Shown here piece by piece: positions 22,962 through 36,790 of a stretch of 37,659 nucleotides of DNA. The stretch's first letter is position 1, and each line of letters opens with the position of its first letter. This DNA comes from Octopus bimaculoides (Eukaryota), in NCBI RefSeq assembly GCF_001194135.2, contig NC_068986.1:39722303-39759961 (forward strand), read 5' to 3'. Below the pieces are notes generated by a model. The model did no database searches, was not told the origin of the DNA, and saw only the letters and a list, made by a program, of their open reading frames with translations. Made by a program: the position numbers and the translations under genes.

Positions 22962-23137
22962 TAAAGCCAATCGATGATGTTTCCAGTTGATATCAGGATT
23001 CGCGTGTTTTTATGCCTTTTTAGCAGATTTCCTCTCTATGTCAGTTAAGTATCCCAAATGTTGGAAACAGCACTGCAAATTTGAACGTATGTGCAATAAT
23101 TTCAAGGCCGATACAGCTTGACACCAGTGACGTCACA

Positions 23138-23284
23138 ACTCATTTCTACGGCTGATTGAACTGGAGCAACGTGAAATAAAGTGCCTTGCTCAAGAACACA
23201 ACACGCAGCCCGGTCCGGGATTCGAACTCACAACCTCACGATCGGAAGCTCGACGCTCTAACCACTGAGCCATGCGCCTTCACT
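23138..23284 (-). mobile_element. SINE family B, 5' part
   Basis: Reverse complement has A box gctcagtggttagagcg and B box gagttcgaatccc; body matches 8050-8130. Confidence 0.9.
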
Positions 23285-23339
23285 TATACATATATATATA
23301 TATATATATACACAGACACACACACACATATATGTATTC

Positions 23340-23392
<53 letters not shown>

Positions 23393-23724
23393 GTGTGTGT
23401 GCATAATATTCAAGCTGATGTTCTGTATCAATCATTCTTTAGTCAAGTTCTGTATCAAAGCTTAGTTAACCTCTTTCACCTCCACTGATTACTAGATAGC
23501 TGTAACTTCGTATAGTATTACTCTTCTTTTTCTTGCATAGGCTCTATTTCAATCCTTTTTTCTCCATTCCAAATTTATTTATTTACTTTTGACACTCATT
23601 TGGTCTTGTGTTAATAGCTTTATATCTCGGTATATTCTTTCTATATATACTTCTGTTTCTCTATCTTTGTATTTGCGTCTTTATTGTTTGACTAAATGTT
23701 TACCTCAACATTTACCTAAACTTA

Positions 23725-23778
23725 TACATACATACATACATACATGTATGTGTGTATGTACGCGAGTACAGATGTCTG

Positions 23779-23810
<32 letters not shown>

Positions 23811-23939
23811 TGTATGATTGTCTGTATGTATGTATATATGTATATATACACACATATATATGTATATACATACTTATCTATCTATCTATATATGTATGTA
23901 TTATGTATGTATGTATGTATGTATGTATGTATGTATGTG

Positions 23940-23973
<34 letters not shown>

Positions 23974-24048
23974 AAGCGACTGAGAGAGAGACAGACAGAC
24001 ATACAAACTGATGGAAGGATAGATGGATGAATAGATAGATAGACAGAC

Positions 24049-24092
<44 letters not shown>

Positions 24093-24160
24093 GGATAGAT
24101 AGACAGATAGACATACACACAAGCAGAGAGACAGACAGGCAGACTGACAGATAGACAGAC

Positions 24161-24214
<54 letters not shown>

Positions 24215-24215
24215 G
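23725..24215. repeat. Microsatellite cluster (TATG)/(TA)/(TCTA)/(GATA)/(GACA)
   Basis: Read directly from the sequence. Confidence 0.96.
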
Positions 24216-24397
24216 TATTTGTGTTGTGTGGCTTATTGATCGCGATGTAAACCAGTGTTTAGAACGCTATACACATCTGTCCAAAAGAATAAATAAAATA
24301 TGTATAAAATGTATGATAAAATATTTTATACAAAATGCATATGAATAATGTATATGATGTACATAATACATATTTATCACAATAGGTATGATATTTA

Positions 24398-24399
24398 TA

Positions 24400-24443
<44 letters not shown>

Positions 24444-24570
24444 AATAATAATAATAATAATAATAACTGATAAATTTTAGTAGTAACAACAGATACATAG
24501 TTTTATAGTAAAAATAAATAGTAAAAAGAGATATAACATACTAAAGAGATAAGCAGCGATGTTTATAAAA

Positions 24571-24616
<46 letters not shown>

Positions 24617-24638
24617 TCAAGAAATATGTAAAAATAAA

Positions 24639-24710
<72 letters not shown>
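24398..24710. repeat. (GAT)n(AAT)n and (TA)n microsatellites
   Basis: Read directly from the sequence. Confidence 0.95.
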
Positions 24711-24712
<2 letters not shown>

Positions 24713-25313
24713 TGAATATGCTTGTGTGTGCTGAATAATAAAAAATATATATAATGAAAAAATTATTTTGATGAATATAAACTATATTATGATGACATTA
24801 GAGATGCTTTGTAACATGTTTTATGAGATAGTTTTTGCAAAGTGTTTATTATATAAAGTGATTTTATAAAAGCGTATTTTCCGTTGATGATCGATGTATA
24901 TGGAACCTGATATTTAACCTGTTTTTAGTTGTAGCTGCCTCCTAGTATAATGATTCTCATGTCAGCTCATTGAGACATTGACATGAGTTCAAAATTTATT
25001 TCATAGTCTATAGCATGTTAATTTTTCTGCTGGGCAGAGATAACATCAATTAGCTCCTTCCTGGTAAGGGGTGGCGTTTCCAATAACTGATTAGTCTAAT
25101 GTAATATTTTCGTTTTTCAAGCTCACGTCTCTCTAGCAGATAACAGCGAAACAAAGCACCATACCTGATTTACTGAAAATTCAATTGTCTCTAATAGTGA
25201 CTGAGAGTGCAGGGTAGCACCTACATTGCTAGAAACAAAAGTCAAAAACACTTATAGCCACAAAAAGCACAATGACTATGTACTGACAGGGAAAATAACC
25301 ACCCCACAGCGAG

Positions 25314-25367
<54 letters not shown>

Positions 25368-25959
25368 TCATTCTTTCGGGAAAATATCTTAATACCGCTC
25401 TCTCTAAATATGTTTGGAGTTTAAAGCTTAGTAATAATTATAATTGTAAAATTGATCAGACTAATAGAGAACACAAATCTCCTTATATTAATGGCCCCAG
25501 AAGGTGTTAATGCTGTCTCTCAGAGTATAATACACGATTAAAGTGTTTTGCAATTTTGAGAAAAGGTCCGATCTTCTGAATTCTTGGAGGCAGTTTCATC
25601 GATATTTCCATTTACCATCTAACTAATATAGTTTATTCCCCACATGACATATTTATCATACCTTGAAAGCCAGTCACATAAACCGAACAACAGCCGACTT
25701 TTTTGCTTATGTGTGTTTTATACATGCTGAAGACAAGAAAACATCTTTTTTTTTTACATGCGACTAAAAGAATGGTCTGTGCATGACAATTGAACACGGA
25801 TAAATGTGTGACGTATTTTCAAGCATTTTTCGACAGACAATTGAATTTCGATGACAAATCCAGTTTCTGTGTGCGTGACACTATTTGTCTACTAAAATCG
25901 TTGGAATCACTTGCAACACGAAATTCAGAGTTACGATTCAAGAAGCTTAAGTTTCTAAT

Positions 25960-26135
25960 GATAATGATAATAATAATATTTAAGTCAAGTCCAATACTCA
26001 GCAGATACATATCTTACCGACTCCAAAGAGATGAAAGTATACCTCGGCAGAATTTGAAATCAGAATGTAAAGACAGACGAATGCCGCTAAGCATTTTTGC
26101 CGTTGTGTTAATGATTCTGCCAGCTCGCCGCCTTA
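25960..26135 (-). mobile_element. SINE family A, diverged copy
   Basis: cctcggcagaatttgaa..cagaa.gtaaaga..gctaagcattt..atgattctgccagctcgccgcctta is the reverse complement of the family A head. Confidence 0.85.
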
Positions 26136-26136
26136 C

Positions 26137-26145
26137 AATAACAAC

Positions 26146-26205
<60 letters not shown>

Positions 26206-26208
26206 CTT

Positions 26209-26277
<69 letters not shown>

Positions 26278-26813
26278 ATANNNNNNNNNNNNNNNNNNNN
26301 NNNNNNNNNNNNNNNNNNNNNNNNNNNNNNNNNNNNNNNNNNNNNNNNNNNNNNNNNNNNNNNNNNNNNNNNNNNNNNNNNNNNNNNNNNNNNNNNNNNN
26401 NNNNNNNNNNNNNNNNNNNNNNNNNNNNNNNNNNNNNNNNNNNNNNNNNNNNNNNNNNNNNNNNNNNNNNNNNNNNNNNNNNNNNNNNNNNNNNNNNNNN
26501 NNNNNNNNNNNNNNNNNNNNNNNNNNNNNNNNNNNNNNNNNNNNNNNNNNNNNNNNNNNNNNNNNNNNNNNNNNNNNNNNNNNNNNNNNNNNNNNNNNNN
26601 NNNNNNNNNNNNNNNNNNNNNNNNNNNNNNNNNNNNNNNNNNNNNNNNNNNNNNNNNNNNNNNNNNNNNNNNNNNNNNNNNNNNNNNNNNNNNNNNNNNN
26701 NNNNNNNNNNNNNNNNNNNNNNNNNNNNNNNNNNNNNNNNNNNNNNNNNNNNNNNNNNNNNNNNNNNNNNNNNNNNNNNNNNNNNNNNNNNNNNNNNNNN
26801 NNNNNNNNNNNNN

Positions 26814-26846
<33 letters not shown>

Positions 26847-27129
26847 TTTGATGCATTATGCGCCAATATGAGATGTCTTCTCACGGTAAATGACGTAGTA
26901 TTCAGCGTTCGATATAAACATTGCCTTATATGTGTGTGTGTGTGTGTGTGTGTGTATGCGCGCGCGCGTCTGTGCTCATTTACGCATTAAATAACTTTTC
27001 TCCGTTTGTGAACACAGACACCGATCATACATACATACAAACATACATACATACATACATACATACATACATACAGATATACAGCTATATCTGTACACGT
27101 AGACAAGCATATGCGCATATACATATGTA

Positions 27130-27180
<51 letters not shown>

Positions 27181-27664
27181 GTGTGTGTGTGTGTATGTCA
27201 ATGTGTGTGTGGGTGTATGTATGTGTGTGTATGCACGCGCTTGTCGTTCGAGTTTATAATGGAAGTATTCGCTGTTCTCAGATGTTACAGCTACCTTCTA
27301 TTAATTAGAAGGCAAAACCATTTGATTTCCATCCAAAGTTGCAATTATACTCGTTAATAAATACCCTCTTCACTTCAAAATACCACACAAAGCAAGAAAA
27401 CGTACGGAAAAAAAACTCAAAAACGACTAAATAGTGTAAAGCCAACGTAAAAAAACCACACAGCAACTTTCTCTTCCGCCATAAATTTAATTAGAGTACA
27501 TACGACCTAATAATTAACCTCGAACCACACCCCGCTACATCCGACACCCATTACCTTGTCGGTCATTTCACATCTCACATTTGGGTTATAAACTGTCTGA
27601 TATACGTACTGCACCCATCCAAATAATATATATATGTATACATATATATATATATATATACACA

Positions 27665-27701
<37 letters not shown>

Positions 27702-28010
27702 ACACACGCATACACACACACATATATATATTTATGTATATATATATATATATATATGCATGANNNNNNNNNNNNNNNNNNNNNNNNNNNNNNNNNNNNN
27801 NNNNNNNNNNNNNNNNNNNNNNNNNNNNNNNNNNNNNNNNNNNNNNNNNNNNNNNNNNNNNNNNNNNNNNNNNNNNNNNNNNNNNNNNNNNNNNNNNNNN
27901 NNNNTACATATACATATATACATGCATGTACGTATGTATGTATATGTATGCATTATTCATATATAGAAATAAAAATGTCTGTATATATGTATATATGTGC
28001 ATATATATAT

Positions 28011-28060
<50 letters not shown>
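26137..28060. repeat. Microsatellite-dense region: (AAT)n, (TCTA)n, (TA)n, (GT)n, (CATA)n, (CA)n with two N gaps
   Basis: Read directly from the sequence; interspersed with short unique stretches. Confidence 0.9.
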
Positions 28061-28909
28061 TTACATAGTGGTCGGTAGCTCGATTGTGGAGCATGTCCAT
28101 ATCTTCATTGCTGAGAGCCTATAACAGTTCAGCTTTTCTATCATGGGGCCCTTAAATGACTATCTAGCACAAGTCATATTTAAGTTTTTTTGTTTGCTTG
28201 TTTGTTTGTTAGTGGCAAATGTAAGCGAAGAATTTAATCAAGAATTTCATCAACGGTGGCTCTGCCCTTGTGAATTCGTCTAAAATGGATCTTTTATTCG
28301 CTAGTAGATGAGCACAGTTTCGGACATAAACGACAGCAGTAACTCCTCCAAAGCTGTTGGAAATGTATGAATATTAAGCATCACTTGTTTCTCCTGACAT
28401 GTGATTTTTCACGGATGCAAAGACTGGCTTTTGAAAATGTAATACTACAACAGACAGCTCAGTGAAACTCAATTCTTGGCCCTCTATTATACAAAAAATT
28501 AAGCAGCGTGTAGTTTTCAGGGATTTCGCCATTCGCTCCTTATTAGCAGTGCCAATTTTGAAAAATTTAAGGTTGGCCTTCGTGCCATCTACAAACCTGA
28601 AACGTACGTATTAAACGACTTCAAAATGTTACTATTTGCTTTGACTTGATTATGAAGCTGTATATAATATATATGTATGAGATTTGGTGTTGTAAACAAA
28701 ATGTTATACAACGTAATGCGTCAAATGTAAATAATGTAAATAATGTACATAATTCCTCATCTCTTAAATATAGAACTGTATCGACGTAATTCATAGAAAG
28801 TATAGTCCCGAAGACAGAAATATAAAAAGTTACAGTGATGCTAAAGCAATACTCACTCATAATGTTTTATAATAGAGTTTTAGTGGAACGTTCCTGTCAA
28901 ATCTTCAAT

Positions 28910-29200
28910 TAAAATGAAAGCGTATCAGAATGAATATAATGACCTGTGCAGTGGAAAAGAAACTGTATACATCTATTTTCGTTTATCATGGGGGTTATTG
29001 TTCTAAAAAAAGGCACAGTGATAAATGAATCGTCTCCATGCACTCTGTAAATGAAACGAATGGTAGATTCATTAACACCAAAGACGAGGCCCACGGCAGC
29101 AAAGCTTCGACTGTCATGATTGTCTTGATCATCTCTACCTTTTCCTCTAGAGAATACATTCGTTTGCATCGTTTCTTAGAATCAGGTGCTTTCGTATATT
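28910..29200 (-). mobile_element. Tigger/pogo-type transposase N-terminal (CENP-B-like HTH) fragment
   Basis: Across a frameshift: KAPDSKKRCKRMYSLEEKVEMIK / HDSRSFAAVGLVFGVNESTIRFIY..CTGHYIHSDT. A possible degenerate terminus lies near 29440-29466 (uncertain). Confidence 0.75.
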
Positions 29201-30429
29201 TTTGTTTACTTGTTCCATGTCGATAAGTACAAGTACATAAATCCGTGTAGAAAACATATTCAGGTTTGCAGCATGATCTTGAAAACACTGGCGATAAGGA
29301 GCGCTTTCTGAATAACTGAGCATTATGAGTGGTCGCTGATGGAGAGGGGGTTCTTGCGGTACAAGTAAAATTTTCGACTGATCAACGACCCTTTTCATCA
29401 CAAATCAGTCCGCATTAAGCGTAACATGGTTCGTAACTAACAGTATCGTGTTATCACGGATCTGCAATGAACAAATCAGTGAAAACCGAGGCTACATGTT
29501 CAGTAATGGAAATCAGTTGCCTAGCTGATGTTAACAAAACTGTTAATGATGAGAGAAAAAGGGGGGGAAAATCTATGCCGAATTAATGAGATATCTACGG
29601 GTATTCTGCCAGGACTATAACTTAAGATTTATTTCTATAATTATTGTAGCGACTGGATATGTAACAACCTCAAAGTAAATCTTCAGATGTTGGTATTTGC
29701 AAAAACAGGAAGGACACGGTTAATTAGGAAATTACAACTTAAAGCTATTAATGAAACTGAAAATATGCAAAATATTCTAGAAGTTTCAGCCTGTATTAAG
29801 TTAATAAGTGCATATACGCATACTGGGAGACATAGAAGTATATGATTACACCGACATACATAAATCGAAACAATACAGATCTCACACATGCTTTCAGACA
29901 CACACACATACGCACACACTCACGTAAACACATATACGCACGCATGTGCTCTCACATATTCCTTGTAAAACCACCATGAACCAGTTCTTAAGTAAATCGG
30001 ATAAACCGAATTGCATATAGTTAGTATTCTAAGTAGGTGAAAAAAACAATGTTAACATAGATAGTTAAACAATATCCCTGTGGAGAGCTAAAAGAGTGTA
30101 ATCGGTCACTGACGAGATTCAAATTCCATTGTAATGACTGAAACCAGTCAGCCTGGTCCTACCTATTCTGTTTCTGTCCACGAAGGTCTGGAGGAAGGGA
30201 CAGTTCCCAGGATCGTTGCAGGATCTCTGAAATCAGTGAGAGTAATTCCACAAGTTTTGTTGTTTCTAGGAAGAGTCATTATGCTAATATAATTAACACA
30301 CGCACTGGTTCAATTCCACTTCTTTATTATTAGTAAATTGGTTAAATATCCAACTAACTAATCGATTGTTTAATTTGTTTTGTTTTTGTTTGTCAAAGCT
30401 CTTTCGTTGTTACTTGCAACCTTTTCAAT

Positions 30430-31900
30430 AACTATTGACTTAGTCTGTTACAGAGGTCGCGTTTGTCTGTTTGAGATCTTGTTGCGTGCGTGTGTGACGC
30501 AAAAACGAAGATTCCATAGTTGTTCCTCTAAAACCATTGTATTTTATCTCTTGAAGAAAAGAAGAGAAATTAGCAAGTGGGGAGCTCCAGAGAGGCTGAT
30601 GTTCTAGAAGGAAGAACTGGGAATAGTTTTTAGTAGAATGGTTAAGCACAACAAGGCTGACAAGATGAGGAGGCATGTGCCAAACAAGCTCTGAGAAACA
30701 GAGGTTGTTATAGAAAGAGGCCGCTAGAAAAAGGATTCAATTTTTGCATGCCCTCTACGATGTCTGTGTGTATAGCAACAGTACTGCTTCAGATCTGAAA
30801 ACATAACTTCATAATAAGCTTCTCAAGAACGTTGTAGAGCGTTAAAATTTGATGGGTTGGTTGGGGGACATCTTCTGGCTTTTAAGAGAAGGGCCAGTCG
30901 GACCTAGCAATGGTAAGGATATACTTCCACCTGAAGTGATAAAGAGGACAAATATTGGGAGTGATCGTGAAGTCTCTAGTTTTCTACTGTTCCTAATTAA
31001 GGATCGAGGGAGGAGTTGGTATGACGGTGTTTTCTTGATATAACAAGCATCTGTGTTTTATTACTGTTGAAAGTGACAAGATTAACGTATTCTTACTGTC
31101 CTAGAATCGGTACGCATACAATGTGTGAGGTCTACATTGCAAGTAGTAGTTAATGCATGGTTGGAGAAAGTTAGATAAGGATAACGTATTGTATCATTAG
31201 CGTAAGAGTGGACGTTGTTTGACGAGATAGCAAGTAATTCAGTGTAGAAGGAAGAAAGCCGGGGACAAAACTGAAATTTGAAGTACATCAGAGTTGATAG
31301 AATGAGAAACAAAAAGAGTTCCGTCAATATATTCCACGATGTATGATCTGATAGGAAGCTACCAATTCGATGCAGTAGTTGTCGGAGGATCCGATAGATA
31401 TGGGGACTGTTACAATTTGGCAGAGATTAAGTTTGTTGGTGAGAAAGAGATCAAAAGTGTTTTGGGTATGAATGTTGATTTAGAATATGTGTAGAAGATG
31501 CGATAGTGAAGAGACTTGAGGATTGCAAAGGATTCGGTTTCTGCACTGGCATCATCTGCATGCGAAGAGTGAGAGAGCACGAAGAATTATGGGCTTTGAA
31601 ATGACTGAGGGTGATAAATTCAGAGAGCGCAGAATTGAGATATAATCTTCAATATAGAAAGAGTTATGGTCGAAGCCTTATGCTAGTTGTTCGGGAGAAT
31701 TAAACGAACGATATTTGGGGTAAATACTTGTTTGCTGAGGATGTTGCTGCACTTCACCTTCGAATGGAAAAGCCGATGTCTCAGCATGCAGTGAAGCAGC
31801 TCCGTATGTATTTCGGTCCTTTCCACTAGAGCTGCCTGGAGCCAGCCATCGATGTAGGCGCAATAATTCCCGCATAACAATACAAGCTTTGTCGAATCAG
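30430..31900 (-). mobile_element. Decayed AP-endonuclease LINE (CR1/L2/jockey group), with endonuclease fused to the RT C-terminal half
   Basis: EN: YRSFNS, ITLSHFKAHN (GDFNAH), ETESFAILKSL, FDLFLTN..IGSSDN (SDH). RT: IGSFLSD..IDG..SINS..SVLSP..ELLAISSNNVHSYANDT (YADD), NLVTFNSNKTQ, ILTLYN. Confidence 0.85.
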
Positions 31901-32856
31901 ATGTTTAGACTATGGACCAGATGTTTCTCCCATCCTCAATGCTCGTTCTTGCTGCACCAGTCGTCCTCTCTCTTGAGCTAGATATAATGGATTGCTTAAT
32001 CAGCGACTTACTATAATTTTCTGGCAATATCTTTTCTCTCCTCCGCGACTAGTCGAAGACTCGTGAGCATCAAGTGAACTCTGTTTCTCTACATGAAGGC
32101 ATATTGACTCCTATCCGTTGGTCTCACAGAGTTCAATCAACTTACTGAATTTTCTTTCCTTCCTAAGGAAAGCTGATGTATTTGGGGTGCGAACGAAGGA
32201 GATATTGAATCAGAGTAACTAAAAGTTTCGTTTTTGGATTTGGTTTGCAAGATTTTTTATGTGATTTCATGTGTTGAAGCATATTCTGTTGTGTCTGGGG
32301 AGAGTCATTTTCTTATTGTGCCTTAAAATTTAACACACTCACCGTTAAAATTTCCACTTATTTCTTATGTTTTATTTTTTATTTATTTATTTTTTTTTGG
32401 GGGGGGAAATTTTAACTAAAAGTTATTATAGCTGAAATCCAGATGTGCAAGGTGAATGACAGGGAGAATGAAGTCTACGTATGGGCGGACACAAACTTTT
32501 GAAATGAAATTAGAATAAAGAGCGTAGCCTGGAGATTTGGGATGGCTTGGAGAGAAGGGTTAAGAAACATGTTTCGGAGAGGAAAGTTGTCCAGAGTTTA
32601 CTTCTGGTCTTTAGCGTTTTTAGGAAAAGTAAAACATGGAGGTGTAGCGCTGGATCACGTCAACCTCCTAGAAGAGATCCGGGTTGAATACTTACAATAC
32701 TGTGAATTCTGCTAAAGGCATCCAAGGGCCAGGTGGCATTGTCAAAGCGGGTGGAGTCATATGCCTCACACCCAGGAAAGAGGGTTTCATTCTATGCTAT
32801 ATTTCACAGGATTACATTATCTTAGGGAACCGAAAATATTTTCCCATCATGTAGAG

Positions 32857-32865
<9 letters not shown>

Positions 32866-32898
<33 letters not shown>

Positions 32899-32956
32899 AT
32901 AGTAGCTGCAGCAATAGCAACAGCAGCATCTGTAGCAGCAGCAGCAGCAGTAGTAA

Positions 32957-33007
<51 letters not shown>

Positions 33008-33030
33008 TAGTAGTAGTAGTGATAGTAACA
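32866..33030. repeat. (GTA)n(GCA)n(GTA)n compound microsatellite; (TCTA)/(TCTG) follows at 33068-33200
   Basis: Read directly from the sequence. Confidence 0.96.
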
Positions 33031-33068
33031 TCAGTGATGTAACTCTTCATATTCAAATAACTGAATAT

Positions 33069-33118
<50 letters not shown>

Positions 33119-33814
33119 GTCTGTCTGTCTGTCTGTCTGTCNNNNNNNNNNGTCTGTCTGTCTGTCTGTCTGTCTATCTGTCTGTCTATCTATCTATCTA
33201 TTTATGTGTATATATCAGTGTGTATGTGTGGACAAGTGTGTGTTATGTGTGTGTGTGTGTGAGTACGTGTGTGTGTGCCTGTGCGTGTACGTAGTGTGTC
33301 GGATGAGAGATATTTACATACATACATGCATGCATACATACATACATACATACATACACCCATACATAGACACACATACTGTTATATGCATGCACAAGTC
33401 ACCATTGTGACCTACCAACAACACTACTTGGCAGTGAAATGCCCTGTTGCATTCACAATGACACATTCGCTAACCTGGCTTCCGTTCACGCTTTTGATTC
33501 TGGAATCTTATGGTGCATCACTTCCGGCACTCTCTAGTAATAAATCGATAAAGCTGAAATTGTAAGGTAATATGTCAGTTTAACTCCTCATACGGGATTT
33601 TCACTCTTTGAGCACTCTAAAAGGGAAAAACAGCCCTTCTGGTCATTTTCTAATGCTGGGTCAGGGAATAATTGTTTCAGTTATTCTTGGTAATTAAATT
33701 TGACTAATGGATTATCATTTTCTCTCTTTTACCGTGAACTGCTGTAGCTCCTATTTATTAGTTCACGGCCTGACATCTGTTGGTAAAGTATTTATAAGTG
33801 TTATTATTCTTAAA

Positions 33815-34035
33815 AGTATGCACGAGCTGCCTTTTACGAGAAGCGGGCCGCATGAGACATGACTAATCATCAGGCGAGTCAAGGTAATATAAAAATAGTC
33901 AAGGTAATTTTTTTTCTCTTTGATAGGCGTGCTGATCAGGCGGGCCGCACTGCTAAAAAAAAAAATCGAGATAATTTTTCGTTAGGTGTGCCGTTCAGAA
34001 TGTTCTGCGGGCCGCAGTTTGCTGATGACCGTTTT
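33815..34035. mobile_element. Probable hAT-type MITE remnant
   Basis: Three gcgggccgc subterminal motifs and a right end gcgggccgcagtttgctgatgaccg. The left TIR and TSD are not clear. Confidence 0.45.
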
Positions 34036-34579
34036 AAAGACAGACGGGACATGCTATGTTCAAGTCATTTGCTTTACAAGTTAACTTCAGATATGTTTTT
34101 GTACACGCACGCGCACACACACGCACGCGCACACACACGCACACACACACACACACACACACGCACACACACACACACACACGCGATTGTCATGAATATC
34201 TGATGTTAGCTCTTTATATACGTAGACGTTGCCTGTACTCGTATTCGTTGACGTTTTTAGCCCCAGTTTTATACTCTCGGTTTTCTAATACTTTTTATTT
34301 CCCCCCCCCACCCCCTGGTTTTCTAAGTGTATAAAATTGGAAAGTAGGATACACAAATGTATATATACACACATAGTCATTTATCATATACACACGTCAT
34401 TTGTCATATACACATGTACACTCACACATATACACACTTACGTGTGTGTGTTTGTGTGTATGTGTGTGTGTATGTGTGTGTAAGCAAGTGTGAACATGCT
34501 ATCTTAAAAGGAACATGTATGGATCTTTATATTTTGGTTTGGATAGGTTGCGAATGTGTAGTGTTTATTTCTCAATGGA

Positions 34580-34816
<237 letters not shown>

Positions 34817-35742
34817 TGGGGCAGGTGTTAGGATATTGTTTTTGTGCAGCTAACATCCCCGCAATTCTTTCGCGATTCGTCCATTAATGGTGACAGTCGT
34901 AATATGATAGGAATAAGGATGTTTCTGTTGGTAGACGTATGGCTTGCTATATATTTTCGGCATCTGAAAGGAAAGGGAGTTAATTATATCGTTTGATGAT
35001 GGTAGAGAAGTTTCTCACACATGGCTTGATGTTCAAAGCAGACAAGTCCATATTAGTGTGTAAAACTAACACAGTGAGTGCCCGTCCTGTATAAGCAATT
35101 AGGGTTTTTCAAAGTGTTTGTTCTGTCATGATTTTGGTACGATTGTATTGGTTGCATGCCCTTCCAATGTCCTTCCAATCGACTACATTTATTTTCTGCA
35201 TCACACGTGAGCGAGAGGTGTGTGTCATAACTAAAGTGCTCCCTCTACACTGTATTAATTTTTATTCAAGGTTACTGCTCTATAAGCAGGTTGTCATCAT
35301 TGAAGCTTGCGGTGTCCGCTTCTCTCCCGCGCAATTTCTTTTATTCGAAGGAATTGCTCTCTTAATCGGTGCGGTGCCCCCCACCCCTATCTCTGTGCCG
35401 AATTTCGTTTAGAGTTACTGACGTCTTTTTTGGTTCAGATTCACCATGACTCGTGTCTCTCTGCATTGCTAGAGAAGGTGCTCTCGGTATGGCTGTAGAA
35501 TGAAAGGAGAGACTTTGGAGAAGAGATGTGACTTGAGATAGATCAGTGGGTTTGATTGGAATACTGCCAACACCCAGTAAACTCTCAAAGTTTACTGGGA
35601 GTGGAAGAGGATACTTCTAAAAGACTGGCGGGTTTTGTTTAGTTGACTGTGAAACCATTTCTCTCCGTAGTACTTATGAGAATGATCACAAAGTAGTTGT
35701 AGGAAAAGGAAACTTATGATAGCCTGGTAGATTGATTTAGAG

Positions 35743-36031
35743 CAGGGATTCTCAGTTATTTTTTTAATCTATGGATCCATTTGATTATTATTTTATTCTG
35801 GTGGATCCCTATAGCTATTCAATGTTTAAAAATTAGTTTAATAGAAACTTCTTTCAAAATTCCTATTTTGTTCTTCATGCATTAAGTTATGTAGGACGAA
35901 CTATGTAAAATGTCAGAGACAGTAACCTAGCTGTCTCTTACAATACATACGAATACGTACATCAAAAGTAAATTTAATATGTTGTTGCGTAGACCCCCAG
36001 CGGCCATATAGGCCCCGGTTGAGAACCATTG
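35743..36031 (-). mobile_element. hAT (Charlie-like) MITE, 289 bp, perfect 8-bp TSD
   Basis: TSD atttagag at 35735-35742 and 36032-36039; ends cagggattctca / ttgagaaccattg. Confidence 0.92.
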
Positions 36032-36346
36032 ATTTAGAGTGTATATAAAGTTCCTGAAAGTAGACGGTAAGCTTACAACAGACTGGTGAAGGAATTGGAA
36101 TAATAGTAACTGGATATATGTCTCGAAAGACAGCATAGTATCCTATAACAATTGGACATAAAAGGGGCGTCTACTATATAGAGACAAAAGAAGTATCTTA
36201 TAAACGCTGTCTGAGACATATGCTGTCTGCATGGAGCTATATAGTTTAGCTTGCGAGAGTGTATCTCGATGCCTTGACGGAAATTGGTAGTGGGGTTGGA
36301 ACGTAGGTAAACTACTGGGAAACAATCTGTTGAAGACACATATGAA

Positions 36347-36620
36347 TATATAAACTATAAAAATATATATCAATGCCTCAACTAATCTTTTCAGACAGAA
36401 TTTATATACTTCGTCGCCTGGATTTGTATTTATCCCAATTGCTAGGAATAATTATTCATCAATTAGCAGTCCATTGAAGTAACATATAAACTATAAATAC
36501 ATGTCATTGTCTCACCTAATATTTTTTATTAGACAGAATTTGCATACTTCGTTGTCTCATTTTAGCATTTTAGTATATACTCCAATTGCCAAGAGTAATT
36601 ATTAGTTGATTAATAATTAG
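36347..36620. repeat. Diverged tandem duplication, unit of about 137 bp, 2 copies
   Basis: atataaactataaa..agacagaattt..atacttcgt..ccaattgc.ag.a.taattatt starts at 36347 and 36484. Confidence 0.8.
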
Positions 36621-36755
36621 GAAAATAATTTTAAAAATAGCTAATATCTTTGCTGAGCTCCCCTTCTGTCCTCGAGTTACTGAAAAACAGTCTGCTCAAT
36701 GAGATTATAAAATTTAGAAACATATGTCGACGTCTTTCGAGATATAAATACATAT

Positions 36756-36790
<35 letters not shown>

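Noticed and set aside
14636-30245. Shared 13-mer ctctgaaatcagt (inverted) between about 14640 and 30226
   Set aside because: A 13-bp match is expected by chance in 37 kb and the flanks do not align convincingly. It is kept only as a caveat on the 14579 exon call.
32600-32720. KHGGVA peptide resembling an AP-endonuclease motif
   Set aside because: Isolated short motif with no supporting downstream endonuclease motifs.
35100-36330. Possible second very old CR1-like LINE around the hAT MITE
   Set aside because: Only faint motif echoes (FFCLY, KWFHS, FSKV); too degenerate to support by eye.
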